DNA of 38,077 nucleotides from Octopus sinensis (GCF_006345805.1 NW_021835831.1:1-38077), one strand, 5' to 3'. Shown: positions 25,023-36,644, counted from the first letter of the stretch. The notes: generated by a model not told the origin, from the letters alone. Numbers and translations are program-made.

Positions 25023-25250
25023 GGTGAGCTGGCAGAAACGTTAGCTCGCCGGGCGAAATACTTAGCGGTATTTCGTCTGCCGCTACATTCTGAGTTCAAA
25101 TTCCGCCAAGGTCGACTTTGCCTTTCATCCTTTCGGAGTCGATTAAATAAATACCAGTTACGCATTGGAGGCGATACAATCGACCTAATCCCTTTGTCTG
25201 TCCTTGTTTGTCCACTCTGTGTTTAGCCTCTTGTGTGTAGTAAAGAAATA
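25023..25250 (+). mobile_element. SINE family B with 15-16 bp TSD
   Basis: (A)GGTAAGTTTTTGTTA at 25008-22 and 25251-65. Confidence 0.93.
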
Positions 25251-25344
25251 GGTAAGTTTTTGTTATTCCTAGTTTTTCTATTACAAAAGCATATGCTTCT
25301 GAAATAAAGCTAATATACCAAGCAATGCTACACAACCATCACAA

Positions 25345-25545
25345 TCTCATTTTTGGCCTACCCAAAGTTCTGTTGGTTGGCTTGAAGAATCTTTATTGCA
25401 AATCTTTCTTGTGGCATTCTAATCTCATGTTTGTAGTATTGCAGCTGTGACCTCCCTGTGTGGAGAAGTAGTGGCTCAGCCTGGAGAGATTCCCTGGTCA
25501 CTGAGCTACACACCCTATCAAATAGAGTTACTCCAGACATGTTTC
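25345..25545 (-). mobile_element. RTE (Rex3/Expander-like) C-terminal fragment
   Basis: SGVTLFDRVCSSVTRESLQAEPLLLHTGRSQLQYYKHEIRMPQER resembles TL.DRVRSS.IRE.L.VEPLLL.IERSQLRW.GH..RM. Confidence 0.7.
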
Positions 25546-25727
25546 TGAGGAACCCTATTTTTAGACCTTATATTCACTACCCAACACTGATGACCATAGG
25601 TGGGGATCAGCTCAAAACCATATTATTGACCTTGTAAGGATGAAAGGCAAAGTTGACCATGTAGAGAATTTGATTTTAGAACATAGAGTCAGACAAAGTG
25701 GCACTAAGCATTTTGTCCAGCACAAAT

Positions 25728-26110
25728 TTGCTCGTCAGTTGTTTGACCTTAATCACTTGAACATGTCCCTTGGCAGTTGACGATATGTGCATCTCTGATC
25801 ATCAGCAGAAGTAGTGGGGTAGCATCATAGACATGTGTTGAGAGGAATTCTTTGGAGTTTGAATAATTCACCTCTGGAAACAAGGGTGTTTCATTCAATA
25901 TCCTTAAACAACTCTTATTCAAGGACTTTTTGAACAGGATGGGCTACTCAGCCTGAAGAAACTTCTGAGTCTCACCTGCAAGGTCATGTGCTGTTTGTCT
26001 TGATATGAGATCACCATGTCATGCACATGGGTAGTCATGATGGGTATATTAGACTTCATATATTTGTTCCTCCATGTCACTTTGATGACATGTGCTGCAT
26101 TACTGAGCCT
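25728..26110 (+). mobile_element. Element D, diverged partial copy (preceded by a SINE B remnant ~25600-25722, minus strand)
   Basis: GACGATATGTGCATCTCTGATC, CACCTGCAAGGTCATGTGCTGTTT, GTCACTTTGATG shared with 7627-8171. Confidence 0.85.
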
Positions 26111-26814
26111 CCTACTTCCCATCACACTTACATATGGCCCCATGACACTTAAATTTCTCCATTTGTCTCAATAATGTTCCACTAACATGCAAGGCACTCT
26201 GAGAAAAGCTTCTTTGAGAGGACCAATATCTTAGTCTTAACAACACTAATTCTTATTGCTCAGCAAGGAATCCATTCAGTGTATGCTAAACATTTTTATG
26301 AAATAAATTATTTCAGTAATATATTTATGGAATTGCAAAATCGTATTTATTCATTTTGAAAATAATTATCATAATTTGACAGAATTGCAGAGAAAGTTGA
26401 GTAAAGTCATCCGCCATAATCCGTTTTATAGTATATTGTATCATCTTTATTTCTTTACTTAGATATTAAATTACTTTTCATTTCATTAACTATTCTAACA
26501 AACATACCACAAATACAGCACAAACCTCTATTCAATGTATAGAGGTTTCTCTTGAAAACCTATTGTTTTTCATGCAAACCTATTTAATTTCAGTTTCTTG
26601 TTCGCTGTCTTTAAAAACATAACCTAATTTAGATTGCTATTCAAAAGAGTTAAGAACTACTGACACATAAGTTCTATTGTGTGTTGACAGTCTAAATAAA
26701 TAAATAAATAAATAAAGAGGTAATAGAGAATCAGATTCACCAATAAAAAACTAACGACAATGAGAAACAATAGCGCCAGCAACAACAACGACAACAACAA
26801 TAGCAATCCTTCCA

Positions 26815-27015
26815 GTATAAGCACAATGCCTGAAATTTAAGGGGCAGGGTCTAGTCAATGACGTTGACCCCAGTGCTCGACTGGTATTTATTTTATTGAC
26901 GTCAATGGGATTAAAAGCAAAGCTGACCTTGAGAGGAATTTGATTTCAGAACATTAAAGTCAGACAAAGTGCCACTAAGCATTTTTGTCGAGCTGCTAAT
27001 GAATCTACCTGCTCA
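26815..27015 (-). mobile_element. SINE family B variant, diverged
   Basis: TTGACCCCAGTG, CTGGTA.TTA, AAAGCAAAGCTGACC, GAATTTGA match family B reverse complement. Confidence 0.7.
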
Positions 27016-27387
27016 TCACAGGATAACAACAACATCAACAACAACAACAGCAACAAAAACAACAAAAATGACTTTCTTTATTAACCACATTAAGAAAAAA
27101 ACATTATGGACAATACAGGACAAAACAGAGAATTTGTGTGTATGTGTGTGTATGAGTGAGTGTGTGTGTGTGTGTGAGTGTTTTGCATGTAAATATGATT
27201 AATGGAAAAAAAGTTTCAACAGTGTGTAATCCCCAACAGGGAGAAGACATTCAAGAACTACCCATGGAAAAATCTCATAAAAACCATGGGTGCCCTGAAT
27301 TTTGGGGGCAGATGCCCTTTTTCCTTTCCTTTTCTCTAATTACAGGTATAATTAGAGAACAGGTCAGGCCTGTTCACTCAGACCTGT

Positions 27388-27800
27388 TCTTTACTACCCA
27401 CAAGGGGCTAAACACAGAGAGGACAAACAAGGACAGACAAACGGATTAAGTCGATTATATCGACCCCAGTCCGTAACTGGTACTTATTTAATCGACCCCA
27501 AAAGGATGAAAGGCAAAGTCGACCTCGGCAGAATTTGAACTCAGAATGTAGCGGCAGATGAAATACTTATTTTTTTACTACCCACAAGGGGCTAAACACA
27601 GAGGGGATAAACAAGGACAGACAAACAGATTAAGTCAATTTAATATGACCCTAGTGCGTAACTGGTGCTTATTTAATCTACCCCGAAAGGATGAAAGGCA
27701 AAATCGACTTTGGCGGAATTTGAACTCAGAACATAGCAGCAGACGAAATACCACAAAGCATTTCGCCCAGCGTGCTAACGTTTCTGCCAGCTCGCCACCT
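27388..27800 (-). mobile_element. SINE family B head-to-tail dimer (one full, one 5'-truncated copy)
   Basis: TACTACCCACAAGGGGCTAAACACAGAG at ~27392 and ~27577; head at 27787-27796. Confidence 0.88.
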
Positions 27801-28420
27801 CCTGTTCACTTGAACCTTTCACACCACTTTCATCCACCTTTCAGTAAACTTCCCTTTCTACCCTTGTCCTCTCCTCAAATGAAACTCAAAGAAGTTGATC
27901 AGGAATTGGCCAAAGAAAAAAGTTTTGACTTCATCCCTTTAGTCTCATCCACTATACAATCTCTTTTGCCATGGCCACCAGACATATAAACACAGCCTGC
28001 CTTTCCCTGTTAATGGAATACAGTGAGGCAGTCCTCACAATGGATTCAGCTGAAAGCCAGATCCATGCAACAGTGTACATCATAAACCCACAAGTCAGCA
28101 ATGCTCAGGCACTGGATGAGTGTATGCAAACCATCTTTTTGTCCTGCGCATATCTCAGACATGCTCAGCTGACAGCACTTCTCATGCCTGTATTAGTTTA
28201 TCTTGAACAGGTGAAGCTCCCTGGTAGCATTGCCAGGCCAGAGATATTTGGAAGTTATCCATTGGTCCTGGGCCGAGAGTTCTCTGGAAAAGAGCAGCTA
28301 CCTGATTTTCTTCAATGCCAAAGGTCTCCCCAAGAATGTCATTGCGCTTACTCTCCCCTAATCTTCTGTAGAAAGCCAAAGTGGACATTCCAATTATCAC
28401 AGTGTCCAACTGGCTGAGGG
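27800..28420 (-). mobile_element. Degenerate L1/Tx1-like LINE, C-terminal region of ORF2
   Basis: Minus-strand pieces QCLSIADLWVY, IWLSAESIVR, AVFICLVAMAKEIV*WMRLKG, FLINFFEFHLRR resemble the post-CCHC helix region; frameshifted. Confidence 0.55.
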
Positions 28421-28440
28421 CTTAATAATAATAATATTCT

Positions 28441-28668
28441 GCGAGCTGGCAGAAACATTAGCACGCCGGGCGAAATGCGTAGTCGTATTTCATCTGCCAT
28501 TACGTTCTGGGTTCAAATTCCGCCAAGGTCGACTTTGCCTTTTATCCTTTTGGGGTCGATAAATTAAGTACCAGTTACGCACTGGGGTCAATGAAATTGA
28601 CTTAATCCGTTTGTCTGTCCTTGTTTGTCCCCTCTATGTTTAGCCCCTTGTGGGTAGTAAAGAAATAA
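28441..28668 (+). mobile_element. SINE family B
   Basis: GCGAGCTGGCAGAAAC head to GTAGTAAAGAAATA tail. Confidence 0.9.
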
Positions 28669-28679
28669 ATATTAATTTT

Positions 28680-28885
28680 TTCTGCTATAGGCACAGGGCC
28701 TGAAATTTGTTGAGTAGAGGGCTAGTCAGTTACATTGACTCCAGTACTTAACTAGTTTTTATTTCATCAACCCTGAAAGGATAAAAGGCAATGTCAACTT
28801 TGGCAGAATGTGAACTCAGAACATGATGGTGGACAAAATACCTTCTAGGTATTTTGCCCTGCTTGCAAACCATACTGCCAGCTTG
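28680..28885 (-). mobile_element. SINE family B variant, diverged
   Basis: Same arrangement as 26815-27015. Confidence 0.7.
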
Positions 28886-29214
28886 CTGCCTTAATAATAA
28901 TAACAACAATAATAGTAATAATCACCAGCTGCAGAGCACTAAATACTGGGTTTAGTGTCCAACGCAGGATAGCACACTTACACTTCAAAAGGAAAAAGGG
29001 GCTTCTTTGAGTCTTTTTAAACAAACCCTTCTAGAGATGGTTGTCTCAATAAAAATACTGGTGGTTGTTACACCTCCTCAACACTTTCCTCTGCATGAAA
29101 GGAATGATTAAGAGAATTAACACAATCAATGGTATAAATGAGGACCTTAATTACAGATGACAGACTTTCATTCAGCAGGTGCCCTATGGGAGAGCAGCCC
29201 AGGCCCAGTTTTCG

Positions 29215-29520
29215 TTATATGGCTGCTAGAACAAAATGGACTAAGATGATGAATGGAATATTATTTTTTGGGTAAACCCACTGATAATGAAGGGTGATCC
29301 ATACATAAGAGCAGAGCAAGCCCCCAAAAACTGCTCTACTGCGGACAGCTAGGATTTGGAGATTGGTATTTGGATGTTGAATGTCTCCCATGATAATTAA
29401 CAACCAAGTATTAAAGCTTATAATGTGTGGAAAGAGACCCTGTGAGACGTCTAACAATAGGCTGCTGTCTGTTCTCACAGAATCTACCAGAGCAAACAAG
29501 ACTGAATATTCTGAGAAGTA
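29215..29520 (+). mobile_element. Degenerate R4/Dong 3' end
   Basis: QKTALLRTARIWR (cf. QKTALLGTARILR) and DDEWNIIFW; ends in an (AAC)/(AAT) tract. Confidence 0.6.
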
Positions 29521-29539
29521 AAACAACAACAACAACAAC

Positions 29540-29580
<41 letters not shown>

Positions 29581-29583
29581 AAT

Positions 29584-29622
<39 letters not shown>

Positions 29623-29638
29623 AATAATAATAATAATT
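29521..29638 (+). repeat. Compound (AAC)n/(AAT)n microsatellite
   Basis: Direct reading. Confidence 0.95.
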
Positions 29639-29932
29639 GAGAACTAATTACACCAAGTTTCTGAATAGATAAGAGTATTGGATCACCTCTTTGTGGCATC
29701 AAAACGAAACCATTACATATTGTGAGGGAGTGTAGTAAATTGGCTTAAAAGAAATACAAATGGAGGCATGCTAACGAAGCTAGGTACGATTACTGGAGAT
29801 TGTGTGAGAAGTATGGTCTTGAAAGAATATTTAAATGCATGAACCAGAAGGTGTCACCAAGAACAATGAGTATAAGACCTTGTGGGATTTTACAATCAAG
29901 TGTGATTCAGTGATTGATGCTTGGAGACCAAA
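29639..29932 (+). mobile_element. Degenerate R4/Dong fragment (CCHC region)
   Basis: LRTNYTK, SPLCG, ECSKLA, WRLCEKYGL, LWDFTIKCD, RP in shifted frames. Confidence 0.75.
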
Positions 29933-30223
29933 CAATAACCATCCATATAAATGATATTTTTTCATAGCTTCATTTGATTTTGAAAATGAACAATCTGGTG
30001 TATTTACTTTAGTGACCTATCAATATATACAGTGTCTGGTGTGTTTATTTTAATGGTTTATCAATGTATACAGTGAGTTTCTTTGCCCTAGGTGTTGGGA
30101 AGACACTTGACAAGAAACAGAAACAAAATTGAAGGGAAAGTAAAGCACATAACGATAAGGACAATTACAACAACGAAGACAATGATGACAACAGCAATAG
30201 CAATGACAATGGCAGCAACAACA

Positions 30224-30588
30224 GGAGGCACAATGGCCCAATGGTAAGGGCAGTGGACTCGTGGTCGGAGGATCGCGGTTTCGATTCCCAGACCAGGCGT
30301 TGTGTGTGTTTATTGAGCAAATACACCTAAAGCTTCACAAGGCTCTGGCAGGGGGTGGTGGCGACCCCTGTTGTACTCTTTCACTCTAACTTTCTCTCAC
30401 TCTTTCTTCCTGTTTCTTGTCCCCGACTTCCTATGCAACCGCTGAGCCTGGATGCGCATTCATCCGTCCGCCGATGCTCTCGGTGTCGGGGGTTGACCTG
30501 CTTTCTCTTCTGTGGGTCTTACGAATAGCAAAGGACCACATTTTGGACTTCTCCCATCTTGCGAGCTCTGGGATGAAAACCGTTCACT
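30224..30588 (+). mobile_element. SINE family C, tail type 2, embedded in an AAC-rich microsatellite
   Basis: Head and centre homologous to 22369-22545; unrelated 3' half ending CGTTCACTC + AAC/AGC repeats. Confidence 0.85.
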
Positions 30589-30699
30589 CAACAGCAACAG
30601 CAACAATAACAACAGTGATGGCAATGATGATGTTGACGATCTTCTCTATTACAGGTAAAAGACTGCAAATTTTGGGTGAGAGGACTAGTTGCTTTCATT

Positions 30700-30848
30700 A
30701 ACCCATGTATATATGACTGTCACTTATTTTATCAACCCTGAAAGGATGAAAGACAAAGTCAACCACAGCAGAATTTGAACTTGTAAAGACAGGCAAAATG
30801 CAGTTAGATATTTTGTCTGGCAGGCTAACAATTCTACCAACTCACCAG
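30700..30848 (-). mobile_element. SINE family B variant, partial
   Basis: CAACCCTGAAAGGATGAAAGACAAAGTCAACC, GAATTTGAAC. Confidence 0.65.
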
Positions 30849-31260
30849 ATATTTAGATGTCAACATCCTGTATTGTTCTCAAAACTTTTGCTACATACAT
30901 GACATAACAAGCATGGGAAATAAAAGATTCTGTTTCTTTTATAATACAGTTCCTACACAACCACTCCTATTTTGCTGTTTGTTGAGGTTTGAAATTATTA
31001 ATTTAACTATCTCCTTTGTGTACTAGTTAATGCTGTTTCTGTTTTGATGTCAGAATTAGCATTTTTAATCACATTTGACTCCATAAGAAAACATAGAAAG
31101 AATAAATGAGTCATTATTTTAAATGGGACAAATTTTAAAACAATCTCTACAAAACTATCACAGGGGAAAATCACAAGAAAATAAAGTTAGGTTACATGAA
31201 AAATAAAATCACTCAAAAAATTCACAGGAATATTTCAATAAATGAATTGTTTAAATTTGT

Positions 31261-31703
31261 GGATCTTTTCGGTTTGAATGGCAGTTTTTTCTAGCAGTGT
31301 CATATGAAATTGTCACCCATAATTATGACCTTAGTATCAATCTATTGCATTTCAATCTGTTTTAGGGTTAGGGTTAGTTAGGGTTAGGGTTAGGGTTAGG
31401 GGTGGGGGGAAGGGTATATTTTTTTCTTCAGAAATGTAAATAAACCCAATCTGTTTCTTAAACGAGGGACATATTCATACGGCACAGAATGTTTATTTTT
31501 ACCTCAATAGACGTCAGTGATTGGTTGAAATTGCAGAAATTGAAGAAAAAAAAACAATAAATATCTTACAAACTATAGAATTTTCTCAATAAAACCAAGA
31601 GAAAAAGATGTTTTATAAACACATTCTACCAGTATACAAAGTTTAAAATTTTTTAGTTACCTGGAAATTATGTTAAAAACTGCCGTTCAAACCGAAAAGA
31701 TCC
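31261..31703 (+). mobile_element. MITE with ~29 bp TIRs and 8 bp TSD (Merlin- or hAT-like), internal (TTAGGG)n
   Basis: GGATCTTTTCGGTTTGAATGGCAGTTTTT / AAAAACTGCCGTTCAAACCGAAAAGATCC; TSD AAATTTGT at 31253-60 and 31704-11. Confidence 0.92.
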
Positions 31704-31958
31704 AAATTTGTTTTCAGTTCTTTTATTTAGAAAGCTGAATAAAACATTTATTTTATCATTTATCTATTTATTGTCATTATTCAAACAGGTGTACCTGGCT
31801 TTATGGTCCAACACAGAACATTTCTGAAACAAATACTCATCGCTCTTTGATTCATTTTATTTCTGTTTTTTCATTCATGCACAAAGGAATTTCAACACTG
31901 TTAACATTTTCCAACTGTGTCTGGATAAACTTCCGAGGAAATTTCAGTTGTGTTTAGC

Positions 31959-32180
31959 ACAAGGTGCATTCCAGAAGTTTTGAGACTTTTTTTTTAGGAG
32001 AGGCAGTTATAAACTATTCTAGATTATTTTAATTTTAATATCTAATAAGCTAACCTGACAACTTTTGTAATTCCAGATTGAAGGAGATGACTTTAACAAT
32101 GCTTTGAACATGTTCTACTAAACACTGCTTGTCACAGCTGAATAAATTTGTGGAATGTAGTTCGAACATGAAGACAATAT
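31959..32180 (+). mobile_element. Possible very old mariner-derived remnant
   Basis: ACAAGGTGCATTCCAGAAGTTTTGAGAC resembles a mariner TIR; DDFNNAL and KFVEC resemble a transposase C-terminus. Confidence 0.3.
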
Positions 32181-32214
32181 GGAAACTTGCTATTCACTAC
32201 CCCCTCTCTCTCTC

Positions 32215-32463
32215 TCTTTCTCTTTACTCTCTTACTTGTTTCAGTCATTTGACTGTGGCCATGATGGAGCACTGCCTTTAGTCAAGCAAATCGAACCCAG
32301 GACTTATTCTTTGTGAGCCCAGTACTTATACTATCACTCTCTTTTGCTGAACCGCTAAGATACAGGGGTGTAAACACACCACCATCGGTTGTCAAGTGAT
32401 GTTAGGGAGACAAACACAAACACATAAACACATAAACACACACACACATAACATATATATATA

Positions 32464-32502
<39 letters not shown>

Positions 32503-32808
32503 TTATCTGCTGCAATTTTTGCAACTTGTAATAAAGCCTGTCTTTGTATGAAACAATTGTACTAAAAACTAATCCATTCTTATTGCTTCTTTCTCGTATA
32601 TATATATATATATATGTATATATATGTACATATATACATATATATATGACAGGCTTCTTTCAGTTTCCGTCTACCAAATCCACTCACAAGGCTTTGGTCG
32701 GCCCGAGGCTATAGTAGAAGACACTTGCCCAAGGTGCCACACAGTGAGAATGGACCCGGAACCATGTGGTTGGTAAGCAAGCTACTTACCCACACAGCCA
32801 CTCCTGTG
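32215..32808 (-). mobile_element. SINE family A with ~95 bp extra sequence in its central microsatellite
   Basis: Both halves match 3921-4324 reverse complement; unique sequence 32502-32597 lies between TA tracts. Confidence 0.88.
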
Positions 32809-33870
32809 CCTTTATTATGCAATAAAGTTTTATGTTAAATTGAGCAAAGCACTACAGAAATTTATGAAATGTTGGGGTCAGTTTATTTGACTAAAATTTA
32901 TCAAAGCAGAGCACCAACATTTCTGCTTTTTAATGACTGAAACAAGTAAAAGATAAATGAGAAATGCTCAAAGCTGTTTATGAATTAACTTGTTTGAAGT
33001 ATTTTTGTCAAGAACACAATGCACAGCTGGTCTGGAAATGGAAATCTCGATCATACAATCATGAGTGTAACACCCTAACAACTAGGCCACATGCTTTTTA
33101 CATTGCTCCAGTCATCTCAACTGTAAAAGGATAACCTTAGAATGGATTGATGGTGACTCAGGAAAATCACCTGAGGAGAGAGCCTTGTGAGTCATGTTTT
33201 GTGGTGGTGGTGACAATGATGATGATGATAATGATGATGGTGACATTATGGTTCAAACCAGAAAATTCCTTAACAAATACTTGTCACTTGAATTCATTTT
33301 GATTTTTTTTGCACATGTACAAAAAATTTCAACACTGTTATAGTTTTCCAACTGTGTCCATCCATCTCATCTTTTAAGGAAATTCCTATTGTGCTTAGTA
33401 CCAATTTAATGAAGACCAGTGATTGGAATTTTCTTAGTCTGATATCAAAATGAAAAAAAGGACTTTGTTCTTGCTAATTATTGAAATTGAAGATGAACAA
33501 AACAACATCGAGTCCTAACCATGACCTCAAACACTTAATAATATTTATTAAATATTATATTAAATTTTAGTGCATTATTTCTGAAAGCTACAATATAAAT
33601 GGCTTCAATTCCTCACACTTAGTTAATATTACTCATGTTTCCAGGTACCTTAGACCAACTCATCTCTCCCACCAGTCATCACCCTTGTTGTATCAACCTT
33701 TCTCAGGCACTGCTTTAAATATTATTCAGCTCTTTCTTCCCAGAACATCGATTCTTTAGAATGTTCTCTCTTCTATCATCCTTTTTGCTGGTATTGATCT
33801 GTTACATTTTAAACAGAATATTAATCCTTTCTAGAATAGGCACCATGTTAAAAAAAAAAGAACTTGTTGC

Positions 33871-34294
33871 AGATATTTTTCGGTTTGACCGGCAGTTTTT
33901 TAAAATAATTTCCACGTAACTAAACACTTTTAAACTTCGTATACTGGTAGAATGTATTTATAAAACATCTTTTTCTCTTGGCTTTATTGAGAAAATTCTA
34001 TAGTTTGTAAGATATTTGTTGTTGTTTTTCTTCAATTTCTGCAATTTCAACCAATCAATGACATCTATTGAGGTTAAAACATTCTGCGCCGTATGAAAAT
34101 GTCCCTTGTTTAAGAAACAGATTGGGTTTATTTACATTTGTGAAGAAAAAAAGATACCCTTCCCCCCACTCCTAACCCTAACCCTAACCCTAAAACAGAT
34201 TGAAATGCAATAGATTGATACTAGGGTCATAATTATGGGTGACAATTTCATATGACACTGCTAGAAAAAACTGCCGTTCAAATCGAAAAGATCC
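33871..34294 (-). mobile_element. Second copy of the TTAGGG-bearing MITE, opposite orientation
   Basis: TIRs AGATATTTTTCGGTTTGACCGGCAG / CTGCCGTTCAAATCGAAAAGATCC; TSD CTTGTTGC at 33863-70 and 34295-302; (CCCTAA)3 inside. Confidence 0.92.
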
Positions 34295-35734
34295 CTTGTT
34301 GCAACCCAAGAGCATGTAAAACTCTACTGTCCCCCATTAATTTCTCCGCTTTCAACAGTTCACAAAGAAGGACACTGTCTGAAACATTGGATTTTCTCCT
34401 CCTCATTTTAAGTTCACTGTACTCTTTCTATTGATTTTCTACATAACATTAGCCTTGTCAATGCAGACCAACACTAGCCTTTTTGAAGTCTGTTTGATCA
34501 TAATATATTTGGTCAAAGTGTCCAAAGAGGCTGGTGTTGATCTGCTAGTCCACTAAACTTGTTTTATCCTTCAACTCCCCTCTTTCCTCATTTTCCCCTT
34601 CATCTCACTCTTGACATGGCTTGTTTCTCCTCATTCCATTACTCTTTTCCTTCTTCCTTCTTACACTGGTTCTCCTACCTCTTCTTGTTGACATATTAAG
34701 CTTCCATGGTCTTGTGTTCCTCATGAGCTGCAGCCAGTTTTTTTTTAACTTGAATGATGTAAAACTGTGCTGTTTCTTATTAATTTCTCGCCTTTCAACT
34801 TTTCCCTGAAGAAAGATACTATCCGAAATGGATTTTCCACTCCTGATGCTAAGTCCCCTGCACCCCTTTTATCAATTTAACTACATAATATAAGTCATAC
34901 TAACATTGACTAATGCCAGCCTATTTGGAGTTTATTTGATTATAAAAACTTTGATGACCGTCAAGTACAACCCACAGTTTGACTGGAGTCACTCCAAGCA
35001 TAATGTGCTTCTTAAAATTAGTAATTAGAAGAAGTGCCAAAAATAATTCATTATTGTTCCAATTGGTTAAAAAACAAAAAGAAACAATCATACTTGGCAT
35101 AAATAAGCAGCTTTCATACTATGGCTGCTTTCTTGACATTGAGAACTTTTATGAGGCATTGCTCTTATTGGAATTATCTTTCTGTTGAATATTCACAATG
35201 TGTAAAGGATGGGTGTGTGTGTGTGTGTGTGTGTTTTGAGATATAGAATACACTTGGTTTTATAATGCATTTTACAGTACCATCATTGTATCTAGTTCTC
35301 TTTTATATTGTCAGAATTATATCATTTGAGCAATTGGCTTAAATACAAAACAGAAAACATTCTTATCAAGAACTAGTCTGAGATCTCCAGACGATAGTTG
35401 TAAGAGAGGGTGATGTATATTACCTTTCTTGTGTTCCTATGTATTGCGAAGTGCTCCAGCATTCCACCAACACTTCTGACTTATTTCCAGCTTTCCACTA
35501 GCTCCCTCTCAGCCTTCTATATTTCCGGGTAGCCTTGTATCTTTATAGCAACACACCCGGGCTTGTTCTTCCATTGCACTTTAGCATCTCAACTCCTGGC
35601 ATAGAACCATGGCCCTTTTTACCTGCTCTCAAATTCTAACCTCCCACTATTTAGTCAAGGATGCTTTTTCTTTTTTTTTTCTTTTCCTGCCTCCTTGTCT
35701 TCTTTTTCTTTTCTTTACTTGCTAGTTACCTGGC

Positions 35735-35940
35735 AACCTCACTGCTGCTGGTGCCCTGTAAAAAGCACCCATTACACTGTGTAAAGAGGTTAGTGTTTCA
35801 AAAGGCTTCCAAGCATAAAAACAATGTCGAAGTAGATAGTAGATCTTGAAGGCAATCTTCAACTAGCCAGCTCCTATCAAACCATCCAACCCATACCAGC
35901 ATGGATGGAGGGTGTTCAGTGATGAAGATGATGATGATGA
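35735..35940 (+). mobile_element. Short RTE 3'-tail copy, diverged
   Basis: TGTAAAAAGCACCCATTACACT, CCATCCAACCCATACCAGCATGGA, (GAT)n. Confidence 0.7.
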
Positions 35941-36174
35941 TCCAAATTATATACATATATATGTATATTTAATATAATCCTTCCATCTGGGATAACCATG
36001 TGTCTCCTCTATGTCAATACACTTATTTCTGTTCCCCTTTTAATAAACATCACTTGGCACAATGCTGCCTTCTCCTTCAATACTACTCACCCCACTTGTT
36101 TGAGGGAGGGGTGTCTAGTCTTACTAGATACTTGGCAACCTCACTGTTGCTTCTTATTTTTTATTTTTATTCTT

Positions 36175-36369
36175 TTTATTGCCCACAAGGGGCTAAACAT
36201 AGAAGGGACAAACAAGGACAGACAAACAGATTAAGTCGATTAGATTGACCCCAGTGTGTAACTGGTACTTAATTTATCGACCCTGAAAGGATGAAAGGCA
36301 AAGTCGACCTCGGCGGAATTTGAACTCGGAATGTAACAGCAGACGAAATACTGTGAAGCATTTCGCCCG
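36175..36369 (-). mobile_element. SINE family B, 5'-truncated
   Basis: GCCCACAAGGGGCTAAAC...GGCGGAATTTGAACTC...GCATTTCGCCCG. Confidence 0.88.
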
Positions 36370-36607
36370 TATATATATGTATATACATAGAGTAACTTAG
36401 AATTTGACAGATTTCAGGTAACCTTGAATATGTTGCGTAAACATGTGTTTTTCGGAAATATTAATATATACGTTAATACAACAAAACTATTGTTGATTTT
36501 TGCAAGGTGGATTCTACAATTAAAGATATGATTTTCATTAAACCTATCTCTGTTTTACATGTGTATATATGTTATATATATGTATATATATGTATATATG
36601 TTATATA

Positions 36608-36644
<37 letters not shown>

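Noticed and set aside
27971-28417. 148 aa plus-strand ORF as a host gene
   Set aside because: No recognisable domain; antisense to a decayed L1/Tx1-like fragment
30480-30540. HDV-like ribozyme in the SINE C tail (CGAA followed by TAGCA)
   Set aside because: No room for a proper P3/L3/P1.1; the fold could not be completed
31362-31414. True telomere or chromosome-fusion scar
   Set aside because: Short, and internal to a TIR element with TSDs that occurs twice
34800-34845. Hammerhead candidate CTGAAGA-AAGATACTATCC-GAAA
   Set aside because: Stem II lacks a closing pair and no stem I or stem III complement follows
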